DNA of 64,000 nt from a virus (Duplodnaviria; Caudoviricetes). Below the pieces are notes generated by a model, which saw only the letters and a program-made list of their open reading frames with translations, was not told the DNA's origin and did no database searches. Position 1 is the first letter of the stretch; each line of letters begins with the position of its first letter. The position numbers and the translations under genes are program-made. Positions 41,078 through 52,720 of this stretch are shown piece after piece. The DNA lies in the IMG/VR virus record IMGVR_UViG_3300031784_000002; one strand, 5' to 3'.

Positions 41078-42301
41078 ATGATTCTTCGTCCCCACCAACA
41101 ACGCGCAGTTGAGTTAATGCAACTGCATAAACTTGGTCAAATGGTGATGCCTACTGGTGCCGGTAAAACACCTACAATGAGTTTTGATTGTATGCGTCAG
41201 TTTGAGTCTGAAACTCCTCAAACGATTGTTATTGTTGCACCTCGCATTTTGCTTGCAGAACAACTCTGTTCCGAGTTTCTGGAGTTTATCACCAATGCAA
41301 GTGTGATGCACGTTCACAGTGGTGAAACTCATCACTTTTCGACTACCAAACCTCAAGAGATTGTTGACTGGTGGGTGAACACTCGTGGCCATAAACTGAT
41401 CTTCACGACCTACAATTCTCTGGAGCGACTACAACAATCTCGCATCAAGGTTGATACCATTTATTTTGACGAAGCTCACAACTCCGTCAAACGTAACTTC
41501 TTCCCTGCAACTGAATACTTCAGTCAAGAAGCCGACCGTTGTTACTTCTTCACTGCGACTCCCAAACATTCTCTCGCAGTCGGTAAGCCTGGGATGAATG
41601 ATGTAGATGTTTATGGTCAGGTCATTTGTAATGTTCCTGCACCTGAACTTGTGCAAGGTGGTTACATTCTCCCTCCGAAAGTGATTGCAAAACAACTTCC
41701 AATGGTGAAGTCTGGTAAGATTCCTGCGGATCGTGATTGTGAGAATCTGATTGAGACTCTGGATGAATGTGGTAAGGGCAAAGTGTTGATCTGTGCGAAA
41801 GCTACTAAACAGATCTCTGCACTGATGTCTGAGACTGATTTCATCCAACAGTTGCAAGATCGTGGATTCTCTTACCTCTACATCACCGCAAAGACTGGTG
41901 CAATTATTGATGGTAAGAAGGTGAATCGTGAGGTGTTCTTTGAGACCCTAAGTGCATGGGGTAAGGATGACTCTAAGAAGTTCGTTGTGTTGCATCACTC
42001 CATCCTCTCTGAGGGTATCAACGTCTCTGGACTTGAGGGTGTCATCTTTATGCGTTCGATGGACTACATTGGTATCTCCCAAACCATCGGCCGTGTGATT
42101 CGGATGCACCACAATGATGCAGCTCGCATCCGTAGTGGTGAACTGGTTCCTGGTGATGTCAACAACTACACCAAATCTTTCGGTCTAGTTGTTGTTCCCG
42201 TCTTCAACAAAGTTGGGATCTCTACTCACCAGAAGATCCAAGCTGTGGTCGATACTATCTTCCAACAAGGTCAACCTGCAATCTCGGTGGTACGCAAGTG
42301 A
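41078..42301 (+). CDS. SF2 (DEAD/ResIII-like) helicase
   Basis: LRPHQ, PTGAGKT, FDEAH, TATP, ILSEGINV, QTIGRVIR. Confidence 0.92.
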   Translation: MILRPHQQRAVELMQLHKLGQMVMPTGAGKTPTMSFDCMRQFESETPQTIVIVAPRILLAEQLCSEFLEFITNASVMHVHSGETHHFSTTKPQEIVDWWVNTRGHKLIFTTYNSLERLQQSRIKVDTIYFDEAHNSVKRNFFPATEYFSQEADRCYFFTATPKHSLAVGKPGMNDVDVYGQVICNVPAPELVQGGYILPPKVIAKQLPMVKSGKIPADRDCENLIETLDECGKGKVLICAKATKQISALMSETDFIQQLQDRGFSYLYITAKTGAIIDGKKVNREVFFETLSAWGKDDSKKFVVLHHSILSEGINVSGLEGVIFMRSMDYIGISQTIGRVIRMHHNDAARIRSGELVPGDVNNYTKSFGLVVVPVFNKVGISTHQKIQAVVDTIFQQGQPAISVVRK

Positions 42302-42852
42302 TGGAAAAGTGGGAAGTCTACGCTGAAGGCACCTTCAACAACATGAGGGCCAATGCACACAACTGGGCCCGATCTTTTGATGACAAACGAAAGATCTCCC
42401 GTGATTTTTACTACGGGGTTTTTGATGCAGGTAATCCAAATCCTACGAACCTGATTAGTGAGAAAGCTCTGGAGAATCAACTCTCCAAACAGTACAGGCT
42501 AAATACTCTGGATCACTACCATTCCCCGCAATTTGTGGGTCGGATGATTATGTCGAACCAGGAAAAGTATCTAGGGGATTACGAGGAGTTCAAGAAGATC
42601 TTTTTGGTCTGCACACAACAAATTGTTGTGACCAAGAAAGAGAATGAATCTCTGTCATTCTTGACTGCACCTGATAAGGAAGATTACAAGGTTCTTGTAC
42701 CTACCAACCTCAAGTACAACCATCTTGGTATCAATTTGTATCAGAGGCAAGAGGGTAAAGTTAGGTGGAAAAACTCTGATCCGATTGACTCTAACATCTT
42801 GGAAGTTCCTGAAGATCTGTTAGAATACGAGAAAAGATATTTGATCGGCTAA
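42298..42852 (+). CDS. Hypothetical protein
   Basis: 184-aa ORF coupled to the helicase; DHYHSP motif. Confidence 0.7.
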   Translation: MMEKWEVYAEGTFNNMRANAHNWARSFDDKRKISRDFYYGVFDAGNPNPTNLISEKALENQLSKQYRLNTLDHYHSPQFVGRMIMSNQEKYLGDYEEFKKIFLVCTQQIVVTKKENESLSFLTAPDKEDYKVLVPTNLKYNHLGINLYQRQEGKVRWKNSDPIDSNILEVPEDLLEYEKRYLIG

Positions 42853-42880
42853 CTACATACTGTATCTGGATAAATCTTAA

Positions 42881-43924
42881 ATGAAAACAAAATCACTAGA
42901 AAATTATAACTCAAGTGTTGGACTTGAAGTTTATGACATTGATTGGAATTGTGAAGAAGAACTATTGGAACTCGGTAGGCTATGTGCATCTGAGTGTGTT
43001 GTTTTCCTGAATGAAAATATCTCCACTGAGAATCTATTTGATGTGATGAGTAAGTGGGGAGATCCAAGTCGAGCTTTCACCCATGAGTATATCTGTGACA
43101 AGAAACTCACAGGTCGTCACTGGAGAGAGATCCTTGCTAACCTAGGTTACATTAGTAATGCAGCTGGTAACTATTTGAGTCAAGCAGTTGCCTATGTCAG
43201 TTACAAACAGGAAGACAAAGGCCGTCCAGCTGGAATGTTCCAGAATGGGGAACTAAATTGGCACAGCGATCAGTGTGCATTTGAGGATGCACAGAGAGTT
43301 ATTGGTCTTAAGAGTGTCAGTGATTCTGAGAACAGTCAAACGCAGTTCCTATGTACTCATGACGCTTATGAATCTCTGAGTTCAGAGATGAAAAGTATGA
43401 TCAAAGAACTTGTGGTAAAACATAAGTGGATTGACAATGAAATGGCTCCTGTTCTCAACGATGTTCAGTCATCTTTGCTCCGTTACAACATGGTTCCCCT
43501 TGACGGAATGGAGACCTCCCTTTACACTGAGACTGCATCTGGCCTATCTGGAATGAAGATTCCAAGTTGTTCTTTTGATGGATTTGTTGGACTCTCCAGA
43601 GAAGAAAGTAATAAGATCCTGAATGAAATTAAAAAGGTAGTCTTTCAGGACAAATATGTGTACACACAAAACTGGAAAGATGGCCAAGTAGTTTTCATGG
43701 ATCAGGAGATTACTCTACACAAGAGACCAACAAACATCCAAGCCGGAAATAAACGAACAATGGCTAGATCAATCTTTTATGTCAACAAACTGTTCGACAC
43801 AGAAAAAGCTCAAAGGGTTACAACAGTCAAACACAACGGTTCTGTCTACAGTATAGAAGATTTTGTGAAACTTGTTGATGAAGACCGAAAGAAAAACTAC
43901 GAGAAAAAGTATCAACCTGCATGA
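42881..43924 (+). CDS. TauD/TfdA-family 2OG-Fe(II) dioxygenase
   Basis: WHSD, TQFLCTHDAYESLS, W..GQVVFMDQ..TLHKR, R.MAR. Confidence 0.85.
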   Translation: MKTKSLENYNSSVGLEVYDIDWNCEEELLELGRLCASECVVFLNENISTENLFDVMSKWGDPSRAFTHEYICDKKLTGRHWREILANLGYISNAAGNYLSQAVAYVSYKQEDKGRPAGMFQNGELNWHSDQCAFEDAQRVIGLKSVSDSENSQTQFLCTHDAYESLSSEMKSMIKELVVKHKWIDNEMAPVLNDVQSSLLRYNMVPLDGMETSLYTETASGLSGMKIPSCSFDGFVGLSREESNKILNEIKKVVFQDKYVYTQNWKDGQVVFMDQEITLHKRPTNIQAGNKRTMARSIFYVNKLFDTEKAQRVTTVKHNGSVYSIEDFVKLVDEDRKKNYEKKYQPA

Positions 43925-44250
43925 TGTTTCCCAACACAAGTATCCTGGATCCAGACAATGGCCCAACAGGATTTGCTACTGATGACTTCCAATTTGCTGC
44001 TATCCCGTTCGGCAAAAAGTATATGATCATTGCAAATGGTCAACAACTTGAAGTAGTCAAGACCCGACAACTTGCTGAGATTCGGCTTGAACAATTAAAA
44101 AACTCGCATCGGAAACTCAAGAAGGGTACTAAGACTCCTGTGCAACCAAAATCGCAAAAAAAGGCGAAAACGCCTAGTGGCCAACAGGGATCTCAGGGGA
44201 CAAAACCCAAGGCCACCAAGGGTTCCCCCACAAAACCAAAATCCAAGAGT

Positions 44251-44318
44251 GTGACAGTCAAGAAACCGTACACTCTTCATCCAAATCCGCTCCTTGACGC
44301 ATTAAGTTAGCCATGTTG
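44251..44318 (+). promoter_or_regulatory. Promoter cassette copy
   Basis: GTGACA-N10-CGTACAC...TAAGTTAGCCATGTTG. Confidence 0.7.
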
Positions 44319-45370
44319 GTAAAGACTATGACTACGAAAACAAAACGGGTTTCCGTTGTACCACTGTCCAGTAAAGCTAAGAACCGATTCCATAATGTTA
44401 TGGATCAGTTCCACATGTGTACTGTAGAACAGGAAAAGACGATTGATGGTGTACCTCACTTGTTCCTAGTTTCTATGAACAAAATGTACTGTTTCTGGGT
44501 TCCTGTCAAGGGTAACGAACACTGGAAAATTGAACGGTGACGGTAGAACTATTCCATAAAGCCCCAGAGGGTTATCATTATGAACAACAAAAGGATTTCA
44601 AGAGGAACACTACTGCTATTTGGTTGCATCACCATCAGCGGTACGACTATAATCTTGGGAAACCAGTTAAAACCATCTGGGGATTCTACAACACCAAAAC
44701 CAGGCAATTCCACGCCCCAGTTAATAGCCAGACAGTGGGTAATGTAGTTGACATTGAAGAGACAACACCTTATACTGCAATGCCTATCAAACAAACTCCC
44801 CTTGAGGCTGCATTTGGATGATTAAAAATCAAAGAGAACTTATCAAGTATTTGGAAAACTACCACGAGTCAAGGTGTTCTGACCTTGCAGAAGCTGGCAG
44901 GAAAAAAGATGCACAATCCATCTACTATGAGATCGTAGTAGATGAACAAGACCCCAAAGATTACCTATTTGTTTCACTCCACCGCGCACGATGAAGTATA
45001 AAGTAGACTGGACTTCTCCCCGTCAGGGCATCCAATCAACCACTGTTGATGCTCTTGGTCCTATGCAGGCTGAAGAACAAGTCAACTCCATGTATGCACA
45101 TGTTGAGGGATTTAGGTCATTCTGTGTTAGTCCTGTTTTCGATAAAAAAGAATACTCAGAACCACAACAATCTTATAGTTCTAGTTCTGAAAGTTCTGGA
45201 GGATCTGATGACTTTAGCACTATAGTTGGTGGAGGAGCTGTTGCTGCGGGATTCTTCATTGCACTTTTTGGATTGTTCACACTTCCCACTGGTATTGTTG
45301 CTATGGTGATCGGTGGAGCTGTGGGTTGGATTGGTTGGAAAGTGGCCTGCTGGTTGAGTGATCGAGGCTG

Positions 45371-45754
45371 GTGATGGATTATTTGACTCCAACTCATCAA
45401 GAGATTCTCGATGTGTTGAATCAATCTGGTGTTACGGTAATTGTCAACAATCACAAGGTCTGTGAGAGTAGAAAATACGATGGCATGGTGTTGACAAGAA
45501 AAGATCCCAACAATCGGTCGGGTAGGACACAATTAGTCTTGTGTGAGGATGTTGTCCAACAAAACTATCCTGATTGGCAAGGTGAAATGAGTCGTACCAT
45601 AGCTCATGAGTCAGTTCATGTAGCACAAGTCTGCAAAGTTCCCAATGGGTATTTCTATCCATTAGGATTCAAAAATGATGTTGAGAAAGAGGCTTTTGCA
45701 ATTCAGGATCAACCGAGAGAGGTTCTTCGTATTCTGAAAAAGTATTGTCTCTGA
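45371..45754 (+). CDS. Putative zincin metallopeptidase
   Basis: TIAHESVHVAQ (HExxH) and downstream EKEA. Confidence 0.65.
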   Translation: MMDYLTPTHQEILDVLNQSGVTVIVNNHKVCESRKYDGMVLTRKDPNNRSGRTQLVLCEDVVQQNYPDWQGEMSRTIAHESVHVAQVCKVPNGYFYPLGFKNDVEKEAFAIQDQPREVLRILKKYCL

Positions 45755-45755
45755 C

Positions 45756-45784
45756 TTGACAAATTCAAACAAAACATCTACACT
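45756..45784 (+). promoter_or_regulatory. sigma70 promoter
   Basis: TTGACA(45756-61)-N17-TACACT(45779-84). Confidence 0.7.
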
Positions 45785-46398
45785 AAAAGAGTAATTTACA
45801 AACAACAATGAAGTATCTTTATCTGGTTGATTATTGGGTTCCTTTTCCTTCTTCTGAGTATGGTGGCGTTGTAAGTGTCATCGCAGAAAATGACAATGAG
45901 TGTCACGATGTTCTCCTAGATTGGCGGGATGAGTATGAGAATACTCACGATTCTCGAATCATGGAACGTGTGGTAAATGCACACAAGTTTGCTCTTGTTG
46001 ATGAGGAAACATCTCGTGTCGTTGATAGTTTTACAACCTGATGAACTTCAGCGGTCACGAGTGTAGTCTGCTTCATAAAGCTCTGAGGTACTACCAAATT
46101 AACAAAACAATTACAGATAGTAAAGAATACTGGGAATGTGACTTTATCTTGAGAAAGTTGCAACCACATGTTGAGATCAATGGAATAGAACCGATGTTCA
46201 GAACCGATACATAAATTAGAGTTTAATGATACAATGATTGATCCTAACTTTAATGATCCAGAGAAACTTCATAGACTTCATGCACAAAAATTAGAAGCAA
46301 TGAAAACTCTGATGAATGAAATTGTAGCTAATCCTGAAAGTGTAAAAGTAAGTGATATGCAAAAAGTAATAAACTTTTTAGATCAATCTTCAGACAGT

Positions 46399-46465
46399 GT
46401 GACAGATCAATAACTGTCACAGGGGCTCTTCACAGGGCCCTTTTTTCGTGTATTATGGCTATATG
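46399..46465 (+). promoter_or_regulatory. Promoter cassette copy with embedded terminator-like hairpin
   Basis: Perfect GTGACA-N10-TGTCAC; GGGCTCT-TCAC-AGGGCCC-T6; TATTAT at +47. Confidence 0.75.
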
Positions 46466-47377
46466 AAGAACACACATCTCGAACATCCCGAAGATTCTGC
46501 ACTTCTCGGTAAGAAAGCCGTGCAGGATACTATCAATTACCTGCGTAACTGCAAAGGTGATTGTAGTGTGAAATATGATGGTGCTCCTGCTATTGTTTTT
46601 GGGACTAATCCCGAGAATGGTAAGAAGTTTGTAGGTACAAAAAGTGTATTCAATAAGGTCAAAGTTAAGATCAATTATACACACTCCGACATCGAAAAGA
46701 ATCACGGCACGAATCCTAAAGTTGCAGCGATTCTTCATACCTGCCTTTCTCACTTCCCGCAGTTTGATGGGATTTATCAGTGCGATTGGATTGGTTATGG
46801 TGGTGAAACAACTTTTACGCCTAATACTATTACCTACAATTTTGATTCCGTTCCAGGTATTCTGGACGTTGATCTTATTGTCGCTGCTCATACACATTAC
46901 ACTGGAGATTCCATCAAGGAACTGGAGGCACATTTTGGTGTCCCTAACTATCTTTCTGGTCGTTTTCTTGGTATTCATTTTGTAGATGGAAATGCACAAT
47001 TTACCTCCCGTCGTCGTAGGATTGATTACATTCTTGGTCTTGCAAGTGTGGTTAGCAATTTTGTTAGATACCCTGATGAAAAAGAAGTAGCGAACCTTAA
47101 AATTGCAATCAATAAGTGTATCCGAGAGAATCGACCTGTTGATTGTATTGATGGCAATCTCCTCCTGTTGTTCAACCTGTTGACCAAAGCTAAAGAATTG
47201 ATCATGGAAGGAATCTCCGTGACTGGTGATCAGGTTGATGCACGGATTGATATGGGCATTGATTACATTCCTTCTGGCCATGAGGGTTATGTTCACTCCA
47301 ACGATTACGGGACTTTCAAGTTAGTTAATCGTCGTATGTTCTCTTACTACAACTTCACCAAACCTAAAGGTTGGTGA
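46463..47377 (+). CDS. T4-like-phage conserved protein with KxDG (ligase-type nucleotidyltransferase) motif
   Basis: HLEHPED, SVKYDGAPAIVFG, FVGTKSVFN, EGYV, KLVNR..FSYYNF. Confidence 0.65.
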   Translation: MKNTHLEHPEDSALLGKKAVQDTINYLRNCKGDCSVKYDGAPAIVFGTNPENGKKFVGTKSVFNKVKVKINYTHSDIEKNHGTNPKVAAILHTCLSHFPQFDGIYQCDWIGYGGETTFTPNTITYNFDSVPGILDVDLIVAAHTHYTGDSIKELEAHFGVPNYLSGRFLGIHFVDGNAQFTSRRRRIDYILGLASVVSNFVRYPDEKEVANLKIAINKCIRENRPVDCIDGNLLLLFNLLTKAKELIMEGISVTGDQVDARIDMGIDYIPSGHEGYVHSNDYGTFKLVNRRMFSYYNFTKPKGW

Positions 47378-47449
47378 GGACAGTTACGGAACCGTCCACT
47401 AGAGGCGCCAGGCGACTCCCTGGCGATGTATCTTAGCCATGTTGAGAGG
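47378..47449 (+). promoter_or_regulatory. Promoter cassette copy
   Basis: GGACA-N10-CGTCCAC; CGCCAGG/CCTGGCG hairpin; TATCTTAGCCATGTTGAGAGG. Confidence 0.85.
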
Positions 47450-49007
47450 TTCACCCATGAATCGCATTGAGATCCAACGGGCACTGTATGATGCCCGCAA
47501 CAACTACCTCAAAGCGAAAGCTTCGGTAGAGTTCTATCGTAAGGAGATCATGTTCCTCAAGGAATGTGAAGCAAACCTCGACAAACCTGAAAACTGGTTG
47601 TATCAGGAAATGTTCGGAGTTGAAGCATGAAAGTTGATCTTACTGACTATCAAATCAATCTGATTCTCTATTGCCTTGAACAACAGGCTTCTGAGTTCAC
47701 TTGGGATGAAAACCTTGACTATAAAGGCATTCTAAGGGCTGTTGAGTCTGCTGCTAACTTTGAATACGATTTTGGTTACTAAATGACCCGCACTCTTGCT
47801 GAACTCCGTCAAGCTATCAATCAACTGATTGTCCGACAGGGTGAACATGCACCTGTAGCTGCATGGATCTACACTAAAGATGATGTTCTCGATTATCCCG
47901 ATGATGAAGTAACTGTAACCGAAGAAGTTGCAAACAAAGTGATTGAAAATCTAGATCAGTATGATCACATTTACACCGAAATCTTTGATTGTATTGATGA
48001 AGAACTCCGTCAAGTTGAGGTACTAAAATGACTGAGTTTATGCCTTGGAATGAAATGAAAAAGCAGATGACGATTGAAGCCGTTGAATACTACATCTATC
48101 GGATGAAGAAAGACAACGCCAATCAAGCTGCGATTGATGTCTACACTAAGTTTCTGGAGGAACTTGAAGCGGAATGAACTACCTTTGTCTCGTTGATGGT
48201 GTTGTTGAGTACGGCAGCACAAGTCTCTCCGACTTTGCACACTATCAATTAGTGTATGCTGAAGAGCATAGAAATGCTGATGTTCAGTATCTTACTCTAA
48301 CTGACGAAGAATACGACGAAATGTTCCCTTACGAGGAGGATGAATGACTTACACTATTACCAAACACATCAAAATTGAGCACGAAGAAGATGGTTGGAGT
48401 TTTGATTTTACTGCTGATGAGTGTGGAACTGTGAGTGTGGAAGATGGTAATGGACCAGGATTTCAAACCATTCATATTCCTAAAGATTGTATTCAACACT
48501 TCATTGATGTCCTGGGACAATACAAATGACTTACTCTAACCTCTCCAAGATTCGTCCCAAACTGAGAACAACTGGGCGTGTGTCAGGAAACTTCGGACGC
48601 AACAAAGTTGTTAGTGGATCTCCCCTAAATGATGTAGGTATGAGTAACGCAGAAGTCGTAAAGTGTATGAAACAGGATGAATACCTTGCACGGCTTTGGT
48701 ACGCATTTGATAACACTGATGATGACAAACTAAAACAATTCGTTTATACTGAAATTAAAAAGATTCACATTCAACGAGGTACATGGTGATGAGCTACAAC
48801 CGATTCGGTGACAAATCTCTTGCATGGCTTCTTGGAGCCGCTACAGGTATTATTGCAGTTTCATTTCTGTTTCTTTGTTTTGAAGCTTGGTTACTTGGAT
48901 TGATCCTATCCTGGTTCGCAGTTCAACTTACATTCTGGCAATGTTTCGCTATTATCTTCCTCATTCAGGCCCTTCTAGGTGCCGCAAAGAGCAACAAATG
49001 ATCTAGT

Positions 49008-49078
49008 GTGACAGTTGGCGGGCTGGACACCAAACCCGCCAAACCCAGCCAGATCCTGTATCTTGGCCATGTTGAGAG
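49008..49078 (+). promoter_or_regulatory. Promoter cassette copy
   Basis: GTGACA-N10-TGGACAC..CCGCCA..TATCTTGGCCATGTTGAGAG. Confidence 0.85.
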
Positions 49079-49693
49079 ATGAATCAAATGCGAATCGACA
49101 TCCGTTGCCCTGCAGCTCCTTGGGAGAATCACACCACTGATCATGACAAAGCTTATGACATTGCATTTAATTTGAGTGAAGAGTATCAGTGCGATGTTGA
49201 CCTCTTTTACAACTCCACTGGTGGACTTTACTCTGTTGTTTCTGCATACTGATGGACACCAAATACGCACAAGATCGCATCAATTATGTGATCACATCAC
49301 TTGAAGATGCACTTCTAAAGTGTATCTCAGTGGATTTCACTGATGATGCAAAGATGGACCAATCACCCGCTTATGTGATTGGTTACACAAGTTCAATGAT
49401 TAAAAATGCACTGGCAGATCTTAAGGGTGTTGCCAACGATCTAAACTAATGTCTTAAGTTATCGGAGAAAAATTATGTTCACTGCACTGACTGTTGCTGC
49501 TGCATGGTTTTCATTTGGCTATTGCGTTACTGACATTGTATTGAATCGACGTAGTGCTAAACGACTGGATGAGATGTTGAAAGATATTGTAGAAGCTGAA
49601 ACGGACAGATGATTTATTTTGTCATCTATTTGGCCGCAGTTGCCATAGCAGTTGCGATCAATTATGCTCTTTGTTCCGTAAATCCGAGAGACA

Positions 49694-49999
49694 ATGATCC
49701 TAGCTAGTTTGATGTGTGGAATCGCCACATTCTATGGCGTTGGTGATGGATTCCATGGCCAAGTTACTGCAAGTGGCAAGACCTTTAATGCCTACGAATT
49801 AACTGCTGCTCACCCTTATCTTCCAATGGGTAGCAAACTACGCATCACCAATCAAGATAACATGAAGCAGGTGATTGTGCGAGTGAATGATAGAGGTCCG
49901 TACAGCCATGCAGATATTGATTTATCTTATGGGGCTTTCAGAAAGATTGCTCCACCTTCCAATGGTAATGCAACTGTATGTTTTAGGGTGATTGGTTAA
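49694..49999 (+). CDS. rlpA: RlpA-like lytic transglycosylase (DPBB domain)
   Basis: ATFYG, FHGQVTASG, TAAHPYLPMGS, VRVNDRGPY, IDLS. Confidence 0.9.
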   Translation: MILASLMCGIATFYGVGDGFHGQVTASGKTFNAYELTAAHPYLPMGSKLRITNQDNMKQVIVRVNDRGPYSHADIDLSYGAFRKIAPPSNGNATVCFRVIG

Positions 50000-50182
50000 T
50001 TAACAACAATTGATTTTTGATGAATCTGATTGCAGGGGATGACCTAATCCCCTACTGGGGTAAAATTGCAGAAAAATCATTGTTTGCTCAAACTCAAATC
50101 CCTTGCCACGACAGGGATCTTAAAGTGAGAACCATGCGACGATTTGAGGGTTGGACGGATCAGAGACAAACCGAGCCAGAGT

Positions 50183-50253
50183 GTGACAATCCGCAAACCG
50201 CACACCAATTCAACCAAAGGTGGCCATGAGGATGTATCTTAGCTATGTTGAGA
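50183..50253 (+). promoter_or_regulatory. Promoter cassette copy
   Basis: GTGACA-N10-CGCACAC...TATCTTAGCTATGTTGAGA. Confidence 0.8.
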
Positions 50254-50903
50254 CAAACACACAAACCCCATGACTTTCGTTGACGCACTGATCGCATCTG
50301 GTTATGTCTTTGATGATGAGAATTATGATGGTTGTTATGTGAAACAAGACTCAGAGGGTTTCATTCACTGTTATCAGGAAAATGTGGATGATGACACTGA
50401 CACTCTCTGGAATTATGTCAAAATGACTGAGGATTTTGATGTGATTCATGAGGTTACTTTTGATCCCAATGTTGATACTATTGTTGAGTGAATCAATGAA
50501 CTTCACTCATAAAGTTAGAAGTTGGTCTGTAACTCTTCCAAGAGAGTTAGAAGAAGAGAAGAAATGGTGGAGGAGAAAACCAGGAAAACCCAGAAAGATG
50601 GGTGATCCGTTACCACCACCAAAGGGTAAATTACCCAAGAAAAATAGTGACAAACGCATGTTGCAAGGTTACTATTTGTTGAAGAGAAGTGGTCAACCTG
50701 TTGATGCACTTGAATCTCTGATTGCACACCTTCTGTGACACAAATCATGAACGACAAAACTAAACTCATTTTCGCATTGATGCAGATTGATAACATCACC
50801 AACCTGATGAAAGAGAATGAGTATGAGCACTTTATGGTGTCACACTTAATTCCACTTCAGGTAGAGATTCAACGACAACTGAGCAACATAAACCATAGGG
50901 AGT

Positions 50904-50976
50904 GTGCCAGTCTGCAGACCGTCCACTAAACCTGCCGAAGGGGGCCGTGGCCTTGTATCTTAGCCATGTTGAGAGG
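50904..50976 (+). promoter_or_regulatory. Promoter cassette copy
   Basis: GTGCCA-N10-CGTCCAC..CTGCCG..TATCTTAGCCATGTTGAGAGG. Confidence 0.85.
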
Positions 50977-51791
50977 AACGCAAATGACCCGCAAGTTTCA
51001 CACCATGAGCATCGAAGATCGTGAAATGTTTGCTTACAATTCTGCCTACCAAAAGCAACAGGCCGAGATGAAGCGTATTCTTGCACAACCCGAGCAACGC
51101 ATTAAGTATGCCTTTGAGTTTCTGAAAGGTTATGTTGCTGATGGTGATCAAATGATGGCAGCAAAGTGTTACAATGCCATCGCAAAGTACAGTGAAATGC
51201 TTGACACTTCTGAGGCCCACTTCTGATGAAAACTAACTACATTCCCAAACAACATTGGGACGATTTATATGATCGTCTCCATGATGCTTATGTTGAGTGC
51301 ATGAAGTATCACAATCCAACTTATGAGCAGAAACTTGCTCAAATCTTGGATCATATGATTATCAACAAACCCCATCTGGCTATCAAATGACTTACAAAGA
51401 ACTCCTGCAACAGCTTCAACAACTCGACGAAGATCAGCTCAATTCTGATGTTGTTATCTATGATGAAGGCATCAATGAGTATTATCAACTCAAAGTTGAG
51501 TTAGTGTTTGCAACTGAGCGATGTCAGGTACTTAATCTAGACCACCCTATCATTCGTTTCTGATGATGTACGCAACCCTAGCTGAGTTTCATAGTTACGT
51601 CTTCAAGTTCTATGGCCGTGGTGGTGTGTATCCTATGGGTGCAACTTTGAAGGAGATTGCATCAGCAACTGAGATTCTGTTGGAGCAACTTACTGCAACA
51701 GATGGTGAGTTTCATGGTGATAGTATGGATCGTGAGCTTGTGCGGGACATTCTCATTTCAGAATACGGCTTAGAGTTTCCCGATTAAGCTT

Positions 51792-51862
51792 GTGACAGTT
51801 GGCGGGCCGTCCACCAAACCCGCCAAAGGGGCCCAGGGCCCTGTATCTTAGCCATGTTGAGA
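51792..51862 (+). promoter_or_regulatory. Promoter cassette copy
   Basis: GTGACA-N10-CGTCCAC..CCGCCA..TATCTTAGCCATGTTGAGA. Confidence 0.85.
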
Positions 51863-52649
51863 CAAACAAACGCAATGCGCTACATCACTATCACCTTCGG
51901 CCCTCGCAACGATGATCCTAGCCAGTTCTACAACGAGCGTACTTGGTGGGATCGTCAGAGTCAAGCTGAGAAGTGGGGGCTTCAGTCTCTCTCAATCGCA
52001 GGTTGTTTCGGTTATGTTGTGATTGAAGAGGGAGAGGATTCGTGGAAGATTGTGGATGAACTTGGTGCTCCTTCTAATGCTGTGAGTGTGTCTGCTGAGT
52101 ATAAAGGTGGAGTCACCTATTCTGTTCAACCTGCACCTAAACTTGTTCTGGTTTGATGAACTACCGAATGAGAATTATGTTGTCTCCAATTATCTCCTGG
52201 CACCGACATGTTACAGGATACTGGGAGAAGAAACTCCCACACATTCCTGGAGCAAACTCTAAACAATTCTGGAACATTATCAACGGAAACTGATGCACAC
52301 TGGTTACACTTTCAACCGAGTTGAGTTCACTCAAGATGAGGAAACTTGTCTCTTGCGTTTGATGTTCCAAGCACGAGATTGTGGGAACTGTAATGTTGAT
52401 GAAGAATGGCTGCCTTTGTGTAATGATCTGATCACAAAGTATTACAACAGCCACATCAAAGAAGCTCAACCTTTCCAAACTCTCTGAAATTATCATGGTC
52501 GTTCACTTCTACGAAGGTCAATCCTACTCCTGGAATTATGCCAACCGCAGCTACGATGATAGTGGTTGCTGGGAAGATTATCTGTCTGGGGATGAGTATG
52601 AAGAGGCTCTAGATCGTAAGCGGTTTGAGCAATCAAATCGGGACTGGTA

Positions 52650-52720
52650 GGCCAATTTACTGGCTGCACACTAAATCCGCCGAGTGCAGCCAGAACCTGT
52701 ATCTTAGCCATGTTGAGAGG
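52650..52720 (+). promoter_or_regulatory. Promoter cassette copy
   Basis: GGCCA-N10-TGCACAC..CCGCCG..TATCTTAGCCATGTTGAGAGG. Confidence 0.8.

Noticed and set aside
41078-42301. Type I/III restriction system
   Set aside because: Only a helicase core is present; no methyltransferase, specificity subunit or clear nuclease domain was seen.
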